DNA of 55,746 nt from a virus (lineage: Duplodnaviria > Caudoviricetes), in the IMG/VR virus record IMGVR_UViG_3300030108_001317, positions 1 through 55,746 of that record; one strand, 5' to 3'. Numbering within the stretch: position 1 is the stretch's first letter; every line of letters begins with the position of its first letter. Both the position numbers and the translations under genes were made by a program. The notes beneath the pieces were generated by a model that was not told the DNA's origin, did no database searches, and saw nothing but the letters and a program-made list of their open reading frames with translations. Of the stretch, positions 9,477-18,507 are shown one piece after another.

Positions 9477-11911
9477 TTATCTTTGTTTAAAACATCAGAT
9501 GCAATCTTTTCACCAATTTTTGCACCTTCTATCTTCTCCTTGCTGCTTATCTCTGCTTCATCCGTAGCAAGCCTTGCAGCTATATTAGCACTTGTTATTC
9601 TTTCTTGTGAAGCTAATCGTTCTAGTTCAGTACCAGCAGTAATTGTAGATTTTTGCAAGTCTGCAATAATCTTCTGAGCATCTGTTTGCATTTTAGCTTT
9701 AACTTGTGCTTCTCTAATATCCAGTTCACGGTCACGTTGCTGAATAACAGGGTCTTTAAGTTTTTCTTGTATTGATTTCTGTCTTTCTTCAGCAATATCT
9801 TTGTGTAGGACTCGCTGTGCCGCTTCAGATACTAACTGAGACAATCGTAATTCGATGTCTTCTGGTAGTGGCTCATCGGGTGGTGGAAGTGGCACACCGA
9901 GTTGTTCTTCTATTTCTTTTCTGTATTGGAAAGCAATATGTTCTGTTACGTGCTCTGTAAATGCTCCTAATATAGCATTAGCATTTTTGCTTTGACCAAT
10001 CATCTTTCTTATTTTCGGGTCATCAGCCATAGCCATATGAGTAGCTATATGTGCTTCGTGGTCTTGATACATGAAAGCTTTTACAGGCTTTTCGTTCAGT
10101 ATATTCATGTTCTCAGATACAGGATTAGTAGGCTCTATATCTTCTTCTAGTGGTACTATGCTTTCCGGTTCACGTATACCTAAAGTCTCAAGCATCTGCC
10201 TATGCAATTCTGCCATGTTATACATCTGAGGTGACTGTTGAGCAAGCTGTAAAGCAGCTTGATACTGCATAATCCTTTGTGCTGTTGTAGAAGCATTAGG
10301 GTCAGATACCGGTATCACGTCAACTTCATCGTCAAAATCGCTAGGAAGCAATTCTTGACCCTCTGTTTCGTATGGATATTCAGTTGGACCAAAATCTCTT
10401 ATAATTCCTGAAAGAATATTCAATTCTTTCTTCATAGAAGCATGAATTCTAGCTTGAACTGACCCCATAACCTTCATAGAACGCTCTAAAATGGCTAAAG
10501 TTGTCCCGACAGGGGCTTGATTGTTCATATCAGCCACTTTCATATCAGCTACAGACGCAAATCTACGTCCTTCTTCTACTAAATTGTCTAATAATTGATA
10601 TAAAACGCCTGAAGGCTCTTTATATGGTAAAAAAGTTATATTATCTCGTATTGCACCGCCCGGAACGTCCACATCTCTGAACTCACCCGGCATAATTGGC
10701 GTGTCATCGCCTTTAATTCGCAGTCCTCTGGACTTTAAACCACCCGGAAGGTTAGAAAGTGTGCCCGCATCTACTAATTGTCTTAGTAAGCTTGTTGCAG
10801 ACTTTGCAATTCCACCGATTAAGTGTATTAAACCAAAACCATAGAACCCTAATCCCGGTAAATATTGGTAATGAACAAAATGTTGTCGAGACATTTTCTG
10901 TTCATCTTGTTCATACCAATTTCTCCTTATAGAAAGGATTTTTCGAGACGAGAAATCAATCGTAACTATGTAAGGTAGTGCTATTCCAGTAGGCATACCG
11001 TCTTTTAAATCAGGAAATTCCTCTAAATCGAGGTCAACCATCATTTCTAACAAAGTATGTCTATTGTCATAGTCATAACTGGTGCTGTCACCGGTTAATT
11101 TATTATATTTTTCCTGTATGTCACTTAAATCTTCTGAAGGTGTAGCTAATTCTATGTTCCTGTAGAAGCCATTTACCTGTAATTTCCTAACTTCGTTAGG
11201 AGTTTTCTTCATAATGTGCGTAGCACGTTCGCAAGTTGTTAGGTCAGCAGCACCATAACTCACTACAAAGTCTTCAGCAGGTACAAACATAGAGCATGGT
11301 CTATTCATGCTAGGGTCAAAGTACACTTTTCTGAAAGCAGAACCCGCTAAAGGCAGATTAAATAGTAATTTTTCTGTCTCTGTACGGTATTCAGTCATTT
11401 TATCCGTCAAAAGATAGTTCAAATAGTCTTTTACACGGGCTGCTTGTTGTTCTTTTTCTCTAGTTATAGTGCCAACGACCTGTGTTCTTACCGGTCCTTT
11501 GGGCGGGAACACCTCAGTTATGGCTTGAGCCTGAAATCTAACTACTGCTTCTGTCAATAATGGGTGGAAAACACCACACGCACCGTCCCAAGGTGTCGTT
11601 CTGTCTTCAATTTTAAGCCCTAATTGGTCTAAACCCTTAATATAAGTCTCTTCCCAATCTGCTCTGGACTCTTTATCACTTAAATAGTTAGAAACTAACT
11701 CAGATGCAAGTTCATCTAAGCTAGAATCATCCATAAATTCAGCAAGGTTGTCGTTAAAATCATCTGTAAAGTCCACAGCATCAGGGTCAAAGTCTATTAG
11801 CAGACCTCCATCCTCTGTTTCTATAGCTACCTCTTCAGGATTAGTGACCAAAATTTCTAATGGACTACTCTCCACTATAGCTTCAGGTGTCTTTAACGGT
11901 TTTTCTGCCAT
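9473..11911 (-). CDS. Portal protein
   Basis: 812 aa directly downstream of TerL; PWDGACGVFHPLL, GSAFRKVYFD, FVHYQYLPGLGFYGFG. Confidence 0.85.
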   Translation of the reverse strand: MAEKPLKTPEAIVESSPLEILVTNPEEVAIETEDGGLLIDFDPDAVDFTDDFNDNLAEFMDDSSLDELASELVSNYLSDKESRADWEETYIKGLDQLGLKIEDRTTPWDGACGVFHPLLTEAVVRFQAQAITEVFPPKGPVRTQVVGTITREKEQQAARVKDYLNYLLTDKMTEYRTETEKLLFNLPLAGSAFRKVYFDPSMNRPCSMFVPAEDFVVSYGAADLTTCERATHIMKKTPNEVRKLQVNGFYRNIELATPSEDLSDIQEKYNKLTGDSTSYDYDNRHTLLEMMVDLDLEEFPDLKDGMPTGIALPYIVTIDFSSRKILSIRRNWYEQDEQKMSRQHFVHYQYLPGLGFYGFGLIHLIGGIAKSATSLLRQLVDAGTLSNLPGGLKSRGLRIKGDDTPIMPGEFRDVDVPGGAIRDNITFLPYKEPSGVLYQLLDNLVEEGRRFASVADMKVADMNNQAPVGTTLAILERSMKVMGSVQARIHASMKKELNILSGIIRDFGPTEYPYETEGQELLPSDFDDEVDVIPVSDPNASTTAQRIMQYQAALQLAQQSPQMYNMAELHRQMLETLGIREPESIVPLEEDIEPTNPVSENMNILNEKPVKAFMYQDHEAHIATHMAMADDPKIRKMIGQSKNANAILGAFTEHVTEHIAFQYRKEIEEQLGVPLPPPDEPLPEDIELRLSQLVSEAAQRVLHKDIAEERQKSIQEKLKDPVIQQRDRELDIREAQVKAKMQTDAQKIIADLQKSTITAGTELERLASQERITSANIAARLATDEAEISSKEKIEGAKIGEKIASDVLNKDK

Positions 11912-11915
11912 TTAT

Positions 11916-12182
11916 TTACCTAGATTTTTTTTTAACAACTTTGGGTTTCTTTTTTTTCTTAGGTGCTACTCCGCCTACCCAAGCTTCATTGACATCTTCA
12001 GTTGATTTATCATCAGCTATAAATCTGCCCTGTTCAGTTCTTGCTCTTGCGGGTTCTACTATTTCTACAGATTCAACAGCTTCTTTGCTTTCTTTAATTG
12101 CTTTTTCAAATGCAGCTACTTGCTCTGTTTTTTCAACTGTCTTTCCTGTAAAGAAAGAAGATAATTTTGCCCAAAAACTCAT
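11916..12182 (-). CDS. Hypothetical protein
   Basis: AGGAG SD; RARTEQGRFIADDKST..VNEAW motif; basic tail. Confidence 0.6.
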   Translation of the reverse strand: MSFWAKLSSFFTGKTVEKTEQVAAFEKAIKESKEAVESVEIVEPARARTEQGRFIADDKSTEDVNEAWVGGVAPKKKKKPKVVKKKSR

Positions 12183-12193
12183 ACTTGCTCCTT

Positions 12194-13690
12194 TTAATAA
12201 TATTCTGCTCTTGTACCAACAAACTCTTCCTCTTCTTCGTCAGAATATAATGGTACAAATCCACCTTGACGGAATCTCAACAACGCTTGTGTTGAGGAAT
12301 CCACCAAGTCATCGTGCTCTCCGCTAGGAAAAGCAGCGAATTCTTCTATGACTTCCTCAGAGAATCTCTTCTCTGGTGCCCATACTATACCTGATGCAAA
12401 CAAATCAGCTACAGCGTTAACTCTTGCAATCTTGTCATTACCTCTACTTGGTGTGTACTCAGACACCGGTATACCCATCTGTCTTAGTTCAAAGATTAAC
12501 GGCATACCAGCAGCTTTACCCTCTACTATAAATGCGTCAGGTTGCCACTCTTTCCAATGTTCAAATGCTTTCTTCTTTAGTTCAGGAAACTCCATCCTGT
12601 CTTTGAAAGCATCTAATAATATTATATGAGGTTCTACAACTCCGGTTCCTTCACTCTCGTTATAAAAGACTCCCCATGTAGTGCAAGCTGAATAGTCTGC
12701 ACGTTGAGTCTTAAGAAAAGCCGTGTCCCAAGATTGTATTATAAATTCGCATTGTGGAGGTTGGTTGTATTCCCAATTCTTCCACCACTCTCTTTTAACA
12801 ATAGCACCCTCTTCTGAAGTAGGGTCTTGTTGATATTGAGCAGACCATTTAGATACCGGTAGTTCTGCTCGTAGTTTTTCTAATTCTTTTATGTCCCAAA
12901 ACTCTTGCCATAGGCTTTTACCGGAAGGCAATATAGCTGGAAACTCTATAACTTCCCAATCATCTACACCGGCTCTACTTTCCTGTGCCTTTAGTATTTG
13001 ACCGGTCAAGTCTCTTTTGTGCCAACGTGTCATAACAATAACGATTGACCCGCCGGGTTGTAAACGCTGTCTTGGTCCTGATGTATAGTATTCGTATACT
13101 CTATCAAATACAGAGGGGTCTCCACTCTGTCCTTCTTGTTCAGAATGCGGGTCGTCTATAATTAAAACATCCGCACCTTTACCAGTAACAGCACCGCCAA
13201 CACCTATCGCAAAGTATTCACCGCCTTTGTTTGTATTCCAACGTCCCGCAGCCTTGGAGTCAGATTGTAAAGCTACGTTAGGAAATACATCTTTAAAATC
13301 TTCAGAGCCAACTAAGTTTCTTACCTTACGACCAAAGCCTACCGCTAATTCCGCCGTATGTGCAATCTGAATGATTTTCTTCTCAGGGTACTTACCTAGA
13401 TACCAAGCCGGTAGTAAATAGGACGCAAACTCCGATTTTGTATGTCTAGGCGGCATATTAATAATTAGCCGTTTTAGTTCACCCCTAGCTACACGGTCAA
13501 ACGCATCAGCCATCTTCGTATGATGATACCCTTCAATAAAGGCAGACCATATATGTTTGACAAAGGGTAAGAAGTTCTCACCGCACTCTTGTCTGTTCTT
13601 AGCTTGTTCGTATTCTTCTAACAGAGATAGAAATTTATTCTGCTCACTAACAGGTAGTTGTTTAATTTTATCTAAGTAAGGATTAGCCAA
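12194..13690 (-). CDS. terL: Terminase large subunit
   Basis: Walker A-like MPPRHTKS, Walker B LIIDDP, VMTRWH, nuclease motifs SWDTA and HDDLVDS. Confidence 0.92.
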   Translation of the reverse strand: MANPYLDKIKQLPVSEQNKFLSLLEEYEQAKNRQECGENFLPFVKHIWSAFIEGYHHTKMADAFDRVARGELKRLIINMPPRHTKSEFASYLLPAWYLGKYPEKKIIQIAHTAELAVGFGRKVRNLVGSEDFKDVFPNVALQSDSKAAGRWNTNKGGEYFAIGVGGAVTGKGADVLIIDDPHSEQEGQSGDPSVFDRVYEYYTSGPRQRLQPGGSIVIVMTRWHKRDLTGQILKAQESRAGVDDWEVIEFPAILPSGKSLWQEFWDIKELEKLRAELPVSKWSAQYQQDPTSEEGAIVKREWWKNWEYNQPPQCEFIIQSWDTAFLKTQRADYSACTTWGVFYNESEGTGVVEPHIILLDAFKDRMEFPELKKKAFEHWKEWQPDAFIVEGKAAGMPLIFELRQMGIPVSEYTPSRGNDKIARVNAVADLFASGIVWAPEKRFSEEVIEEFAAFPSGEHDDLVDSSTQALLRFRQGGFVPLYSDEEEEEFVGTRAEYY

Positions 13691-13829
13691 GTTAGCCCCC
13701 GCAACGTTTATAGATTTCTACGACTACTAGGAGAGCAATCATATTTTGAGGATGTTGTGAGGGCTATGGGGTAAACATTGAGCGAAGTCGCCCAAGATTT
13801 TACACATAATAACTGCCTTCTCATGTTCG

Positions 13830-14252
13830 TCAAGTGTTTTCTTGTAATTTATTTATACGGTCTTTGAAAGCATCCATGTCCCGCAGCCACTCTTTCTTCT
13901 TTTCTTCGGTGGTCATGTTCTCGCTCGAAATTTTTTTTTCTACCTCTATGTCCGTCTTTTGTTCGGGCGGGACAGTTTTATGTATGACTTTAGGTTTAGC
14001 CGGTTCTAGTTTTTCTTCCACCACCGCTTCTTTCTTTTCCAAAGGAGAGTTTCTAGTAGACATCATAGTTCGCCAGCGTTTAGGTTGCATAGTAATCCAT
14101 CCATCCTCATGCAAGCGTTTTACAATAGCATGAATGGTAGACCTAGAACTAACCCCTACTTGTTTCGCTATGGCTTCTAATGACGGTCCACAATGATTTT
14201 GCGTCCAGTAATCTTCTATCGCTTCTAGCACTAATAATTGTCTTGGTGTCAT
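13830..14252 (-). CDS. LexA-type winged-HTH DNA-binding protein without peptidase domain
   Basis: MTPRQ..VLEAI......GPSLEAIAKQVGVSSRSTIH.IVKRL...GWI matches the LexA N-domain; the C-terminus is a charged tail. Confidence 0.75.
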   Translation of the reverse strand: MTPRQLLVLEAIEDYWTQNHCGPSLEAIAKQVGVSSRSTIHAIVKRLHEDGWITMQPKRWRTMMSTRNSPLEKKEAVVEEKLEPAKPKVIHKTVPPEQKTDIEVEKKISSENMTTEEKKKEWLRDMDAFKDRINKLQENT

Positions 14253-14323
14253 ATCATCAAACTTACTGCCAAAATAAGTATAAAGGTTACTGCTATTATC
14301 TTTATCTCATCTTTGTTATACAT
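14249..14323 (-). CDS. 24-aa single-TM peptide coupled to the LexA-like gene (not in ORF track)
   Basis: MYNKDEIKIIAVTFILILAVSLMI*; purine-rich SD; its TGA overlaps the next ATG (ATGA). Confidence 0.4.
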   Translation of the reverse strand: MYNKDEIKIIAVTFILILAVSLMI

Positions 14324-14493
14324 ATATACCCCTATTCTCCGGTACCTTGAACGTTTTCCATACATTATACGAAAATTAATAGTATATATGCAAGCTGGAC
14401 AAAAAACAAAGGGGGGGGTACCTCTATCAAAAATTATGAAATTGAATGTGCAAATTAGTGTATACGTGAGCCTGTCGCAAAAAAAATAAAACA

Positions 14494-14515
14494 GGGGGGT
14501 GCGGGAGGGTGGGGG
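14494..14515 (+). other. G-quadruplex-capable G-tract
   Basis: GGGGGGTGCGGGAGGGTGGGGG: four G-runs with 1-3 nt loops in an AT-rich intergenic region. Confidence 0.5.
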
Positions 14516-14624
14516 TCGCTCTGAAACGCTTATATGATAGTATTTCAGAGGTGCTGTATAAATTTTGAACAGGTAGAGGTCTTGGATATACAGAAATAGT
14601 CGCTGTGGAAATGTGGCAATTAAC

Positions 14625-14640
14625 TATTGAACGTTCAATA
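14625..14640. promoter_or_regulatory. Palindromic operator-like site, copy 1
   Basis: TATTGAACGTTCAATA, perfect. Confidence 0.7.
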
Positions 14641-14659
14641 TTTGTTCGCTGTGCCGGTG

Positions 14660-15130
14660 CTATTCAGAATGTGGCAAGGGGAGGGTTAGTATTTCTTCCA
14701 GCTTGCTCTCAATCTCATTGGCTACTTCTTCCGGTGTCCTATCTTTCGTGGTTGTCTCTATCCTCTCAATGAATAGTCCTACGTCTGAAGTCTTGCCTAG
14801 CAATTCAAGTGCCCTGATTCTAGCTGATTCGTTATTCGTGGGATTCAATGCTTCCTTCTGTAGCTGTTCTAGTACGAGGTGCCTAAGAGAGAGTGCACTA
14901 GTCTGTGCGTACTCCTCCTTTCTCTTGAATCCTTGCTTTAACCTTTGGGCTATCTTAGGGTTCGATTTTAGTTTGCTGGCTTCAACGTGGATAGCTGAGT
15001 CCTTCATTCCTTTGGCATTGTACGCAGTCCTGTATGCGTCACTTGCTGAATTGCCTTTTAGCAATTCCGCAATGAATCTTTCCTGTTTGCCTGTGAGTGG
15101 ATGTATTTCTTTTACCTTGTCTTTGCTCAT
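14660..15130 (-). CDS. terS: Terminase small subunit
   Basis: LTGKQERFI.......ASDAYRTAY...ASKL..NPKI HTH and RIRALELLGK. ATG 15130 preferred over the track's TTG at 15190. Confidence 0.8.
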   Translation of the reverse strand: MSKDKVKEIHPLTGKQERFIAELLKGNSASDAYRTAYNAKGMKDSAIHVEASKLKSNPKIAQRLKQGFKRKEEYAQTSALSLRHLVLEQLQKEALNPTNNESARIRALELLGKTSDVGLFIERIETTTKDRTPEEVANEIESKLEEILTLPLPHSE

Positions 15131-15137
15131 GTAAGAA

Positions 15138-15166
15138 ATTGTAGCTGTCCTACGGACAGTTTGAAA
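15138..15166 (-). promoter_or_regulatory. Putative leftward promoter for terS with a palindrome in the spacer
   Basis: TTTCAA-17-TACAAT, then 7 nt to the ATG; spacer contains CTGTCC-N3-GGACAG (15145-15159). Confidence 0.45.
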
Positions 15167-15221
15167 TACACCGGTGCGAACAGTCAGCAAACGTTCACAA
15201 AATATTTTTTGTAATTAGGGG

Positions 15222-15250
15222 TTGCACAATGTCACACGTTTTGCTAATAT
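15222..15250 (+). promoter_or_regulatory. Sigma70-type early promoter
   Basis: TTGCAC-17bp-TAATAT with extended -10 TG and an upstream AT-rich UP-like tract; predicted TSS ~15257-15258. Confidence 0.7.
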
Positions 15251-15257
15251 TCTCTTT

Positions 15258-15816
15258 GTCAGCGAGAACTGATTGCCCCTTCGGGGCATAACGACCCTTC
15301 GGGGTGCCGGTTCACTACCTAACTGACAGGCTTCTAAGCCTTCTGTCGTGAGACACAAAGAGCAAGGAATCCTAGAGTCCGGAAGACGAGGTAGCAAGGT
15401 ACAAATCGGAAGCCTTGTAAAAGTTGGTGATGCGAAGTTCCTGATACTACCGAGACTAGGTAGTGAAGATGAAAGAAGAACAGTTAACGGTTCAGAGATT
15501 CGGAGAAGGTAAAACAAGGGTCGGACATTTTGGGTCAGCAGACGAAACGCTGATTCGGTTGTATGAAAATCTTAGTATGTGAAGAGAGACACAATAGCTA
15601 ACACGGTTGGCAGTCACGGTTTGGTGTGACGTGTTGGCAGTCACGGTTCGGTGTGACGTGATACGGTTTGGAGCGAACAGACGGAAGTATGACTGATAGG
15701 TTGAGTAGTCGAGGGGCAAGTTACTGCGAAGGTAGCGAGAGAGAAGACGGGCTTGTAATGAGTCCGTTTCTTTGTAGGTGTTTTAACCGGCACCTACAAA
15801 GAAGCGAATGTGCTTC
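15258..15816 (+). ncRNA. Large structured leader / candidate ncRNA
   Basis: No credible ORF. UUCG and GUGA tetraloop hairpins, multibranch 5' domain, many stems with G-U pairs, a perfect 13-bp stem at 15768-15803. Confidence 0.55.
15606..15659 (+). repeat. 27-bp tandem duplication, each unit a hairpin
   Basis: GTTGGCAGTCACGGTT(T/C)GGTGTGACGT x2; stem GTCAC/GTGAC. Confidence 0.85.
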
Positions 15817-15848
15817 AATTAAAATTAATTATTTAGGAGATAATCAAT

Positions 15849-16187
15849 ATGGCGATAACTAAAAAAAATATCGAGTTTGCATTAGAAAGATTAAACGGGT
15901 TGCTAGGTGTACCTGAAGCTTACGAGAAAGACGGGCAAGGTAACATCTTAAGATGTCCGGACGGTTACATGATTCAATGTGAGGGTCATTGTTACTTGCA
16001 AGGTGCTTATGGCAAATTCAAAATTGAGAGAATGTGCAAATATGGTTCGGCAGATGCTACGCATCTTGGTACTAAGTCTGAAGTTTATTATCAAGTGTTG
16101 GCTATGATTGAAGGAATCGAAGCCTATCAACACGCTGTATCTACAAGGGTTGGTGGTGTGAAAATAATTGACAGGAACAGGGGGTAA
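15849..16187 (+). CDS. Hypothetical early protein
   Basis: AGGAGA SD; first ORF of the early transcript. Confidence 0.7.
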   Translation: MAITKKNIEFALERLNGLLGVPEAYEKDGQGNILRCPDGYMIQCEGHCYLQGAYGKFKIERMCKYGSADATHLGTKSEVYYQVLAMIEGIEAYQHAVSTRVGGVKIIDRNRG

Positions 16188-16190
16188 CCA

Positions 16191-16295
16191 ATGGCAAAAT
16201 GCGTATGGTGTAAGGCACCGGTAAAAACTGAAGGAACATACTGTGAATCTTGCAGAGATGTTATTTTTGAAATGAGCGAAGAAGAGGAGGTGTAA
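16191..16295 (+). CDS. 34-aa Zn-finger microprotein (not in ORF track)
   Basis: MAKCVWCKAPVKTEGTYCESCRDVIFEMSEEEEV*; SD GGGGG; TAATG overlap with the next gene. Confidence 0.6.
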   Translation: MAKCVWCKAPVKTEGTYCESCRDVIFEMSEEEEV

Positions 16296-16477
16296 TGGAA
16301 GCAGAGTTTGAGCACCTATACGGTGACATGGATTCCTATTTCAGTTATCTAAATTTCTTGAGAACAACCGGTGTAACAAATATGTATGGGGCACCGGTTT
16401 ACTTGAGAGATGAATTTGATTTGAACAAACAGGAATCGCAATTTGTGGTTACTGCTTGGATGCAGTCATTCCAATAA
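16295..16477 (+). CDS. Small conserved phage protein
   Basis: YLNFLRTTGVTNMYGAPVYL...W motif; GGAGG SD. Confidence 0.7.
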   Translation: MEAEFEHLYGDMDSYFSYLNFLRTTGVTNMYGAPVYLRDEFDLNKQESQFVVTAWMQSFQ

Positions 16478-16557
16478 AACTACTGATGTGCTAGTGAGAC
16501 TCTAGCGAAAAGGATTAAATAGATTCATAGTCTAGCCCTTTCGGGTTCCTTCTAGTT
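16478..16557 (+). ncRNA. Type I hammerhead ribozyme, core variant (A9U) with branched stem III
   Basis: AACUA-CUGAUGU-GCUAG/CUAGC-GAA-AAGGA...UCCUU-C-UAGUU; all three stems pair; predicted cleavage after C16552. Confidence 0.7.
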
Positions 16558-16571
16558 GTTGGACGTTTGTG

Positions 16572-16587
16572 TATTGAACGTTCAATA
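16572..16587. promoter_or_regulatory. Palindromic site, copy 2
   Basis: TATTGAACGTTCAATA just upstream of the AAA gene SD. Confidence 0.7.
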
Positions 16588-16612
16588 TTTGTTTTAATAT
16601 AGGAGAGCAATT

Positions 16613-17611
16613 ATGCAAACATATATCAAGCCTTCAGAACTGAAAGGCAAGTTAGAAACGTTGATTGGTTTAAATAAACCGACGTTTATTTGGGGGGCTT
16701 CCGGTATCGGTAAGTCAGAGATTATAGCGAAGGTAGCAGAGAAGCTAGACTACAATCTGATTGATGTCAGAGTTTCTTTGTTAGACCCTGTAGACCTGAG
16801 AGGTGTACCTAGTGTTGAGAATGGTATCACTAAATGGAATCCTCCGGTGTTCTTACCACGGGAAGGTGACAAGACTTCTATCTTGTTTTTGGACGAGTTA
16901 CCGCATGGTAGCCCTAGTGTTCAAAATGCTTTGTTTCAGTTGATAAGAGACAGGCAGATAGGCGAGTACAGGTTACCTGATTCGACAATCATTCTTGCCG
17001 CCGGTAACAGAGTATCGGACAGAGTAGGTGCTAACAAGATTAACGGTGCACTTGCTAACAGGTTCGTACACTTACACCTAGAAGCTGATGTTGATGATTT
17101 TTGTCACTACGCATTATCGGAGGGAGACTTTGAGCCAAACATTGTAGCCTTCATCAGATACAGACCGGAGTTACTATTTGACTTCAACAAGGATTCAGTC
17201 GCATGGGCTAGTCCTAGAGCGTGGGAGTCTGTTTCGGATATTGGTAAAGCTAACAAGCAAAACCTTCAAGACCTTGCCCTTGTCGGCGGTTGTGTTGGTG
17301 ATTCTGTTGCGGTTGAGTTTTGTGCATTTATGGGAATGGTTAACAGTCTTCCGGATGTTTCAGAGATTATCAAAAATCCTGAGACTTACGAAGTTTCAGA
17401 AGACCCTTCTGTTTTGTACGCACTTACCGGAGCACTAGCTGTTAGAGCGAATGCTAGTAACTTTGATGCAATCATTACCTACATGACTAGAGAGGAAATG
17501 AGTAATGAGTTTGCGGTTCTTTGTGTCAAAGATGCGGTGACTAGGAATCCACAGTTGACGAAGACTAAAACCTACGTTGACTTTGTTACTAAGTTTGAAG
17601 ATTTAATTTAG
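16613..17611 (+). CDS. MoxR/dynein-related AAA+ ATPase
   Basis: Walker A GASGIGKS, DPVDLRGVP, Walker B ILFLDE, AAGNR, ALANRF (Arg finger), SPRAWE. Confidence 0.9.
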   Translation: MQTYIKPSELKGKLETLIGLNKPTFIWGASGIGKSEIIAKVAEKLDYNLIDVRVSLLDPVDLRGVPSVENGITKWNPPVFLPREGDKTSILFLDELPHGSPSVQNALFQLIRDRQIGEYRLPDSTIILAAGNRVSDRVGANKINGALANRFVHLHLEADVDDFCHYALSEGDFEPNIVAFIRYRPELLFDFNKDSVAWASPRAWESVSDIGKANKQNLQDLALVGGCVGDSVAVEFCAFMGMVNSLPDVSEIIKNPETYEVSEDPSVLYALTGALAVRANASNFDAIITYMTREEMSNEFAVLCVKDAVTRNPQLTKTKTYVDFVTKFEDLI

Positions 17612-17619
17612 GAGTAGTT

Positions 17620-18507
17620 ATGCTATTAAATGAAAAGGCTATCTTGGTTAGCCCAATAATCAAGAAATGGAATCCACGTAAAGTTGACAAGGCTTTACGT
17701 GATGCTGTCGCTAGTGAGTACGGTGTTGATTCTAAGATGTTGAGTACATCTAAGAAATTAGTTGCTCTCAATGAGGGTGTTTTCAAAAGGATAGAGACAG
17801 TAGACAAGAAGATTAGGAATCATTGTTTCTACTCTATCGGTCAAGGGTGCACCGGTTTTTGTGTGCCTTATGACTACAAGGGAAAACATCTTTTGCCTAC
17901 AGAGTTGGAGGGTGCATTCAAGGCAAGATTCAACGAGTACAAAGACGAGAGAGAAAGGCTTGTTAAACAAGTTGTCGATTCTTGGGATGATATTGTTGAA
18001 GGTGCAAAGGCAGAGTTGAAAGACTTATTTGATGCTGAAGACTATCCCACAAAAGAAGAGATAGCTAGTAAGTACGAATGCAGATATGTTCCGGAGTCAC
18101 TACCGGAGCAAGCTTACGTATCTGAAGTTGTAGACCCTAGACACGGTGTTTCAGAGTCGGATGTAGTCGAGGTTCAAAGTAGAACTAAGTCTGATGTTGA
18201 ACTTGCTACTGAGACAGCTACGAGAAACATTAGTGTTCTGTTGACACACTTAACTGACTGTCTCAAGAATGATAAAACTTTCAGAGATAATTCATTCGAC
18301 AAAGTTAAGAATGCTATCGTGACTTTTAGTGCTTGGAACTTCAACAACAATCCGGAACTTGCAGAGGTGAGTGAGATTCTTACTGATGCAGTTTCCTCTA
18401 TTGATAACGCAGATGTGCTTAGAAAAGATTCTACAAAGGTTGATGAATTTGTAGAAGCTTCAGACAAGGCTTCTGATATTTTAAATAACTTGGACGGTGT
18501 AATATGA
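17620..18507 (+). CDS. Helical protein, possibly DUF3150-like, between the AAA and VWA genes
   Basis: LFDAEDYPTKEEI motif; typical position in AAA/VWA clusters. Confidence 0.55.
   Translation: MLLNEKAILVSPIIKKWNPRKVDKALRDAVASEYGVDSKMLSTSKKLVALNEGVFKRIETVDKKIRNHCFYSIGQGCTGFCVPYDYKGKHLLPTELEGAFKARFNEYKDERERLVKQVVDSWDDIVEGAKAELKDLFDAEDYPTKEEIASKYECRYVPESLPEQAYVSEVVDPRHGVSESDVVEVQSRTKSDVELATETATRNISVLLTHLTDCLKNDKTFRDNSFDKVKNAIVTFSAWNFNNNPELAEVSEILTDAVSSIDNADVLRKDSTKVDEFVEASDKASDILNNLDGVI

Noticed and set aside
14554-14572. SOS box CTGT...ACAG
   Set aside because: The spacer is 11 nt instead of 8.
15606-15659. CRISPR-like repeat
   Set aside because: Only two directly adjacent units, no spacers, no cas genes.
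15215-15862. Track ORFs 15215..15517, 15492..15719 and 15668..15862
   Set aside because: No SD, atypical composition, and they overlap the promoter and structured RNA; likely spurious.
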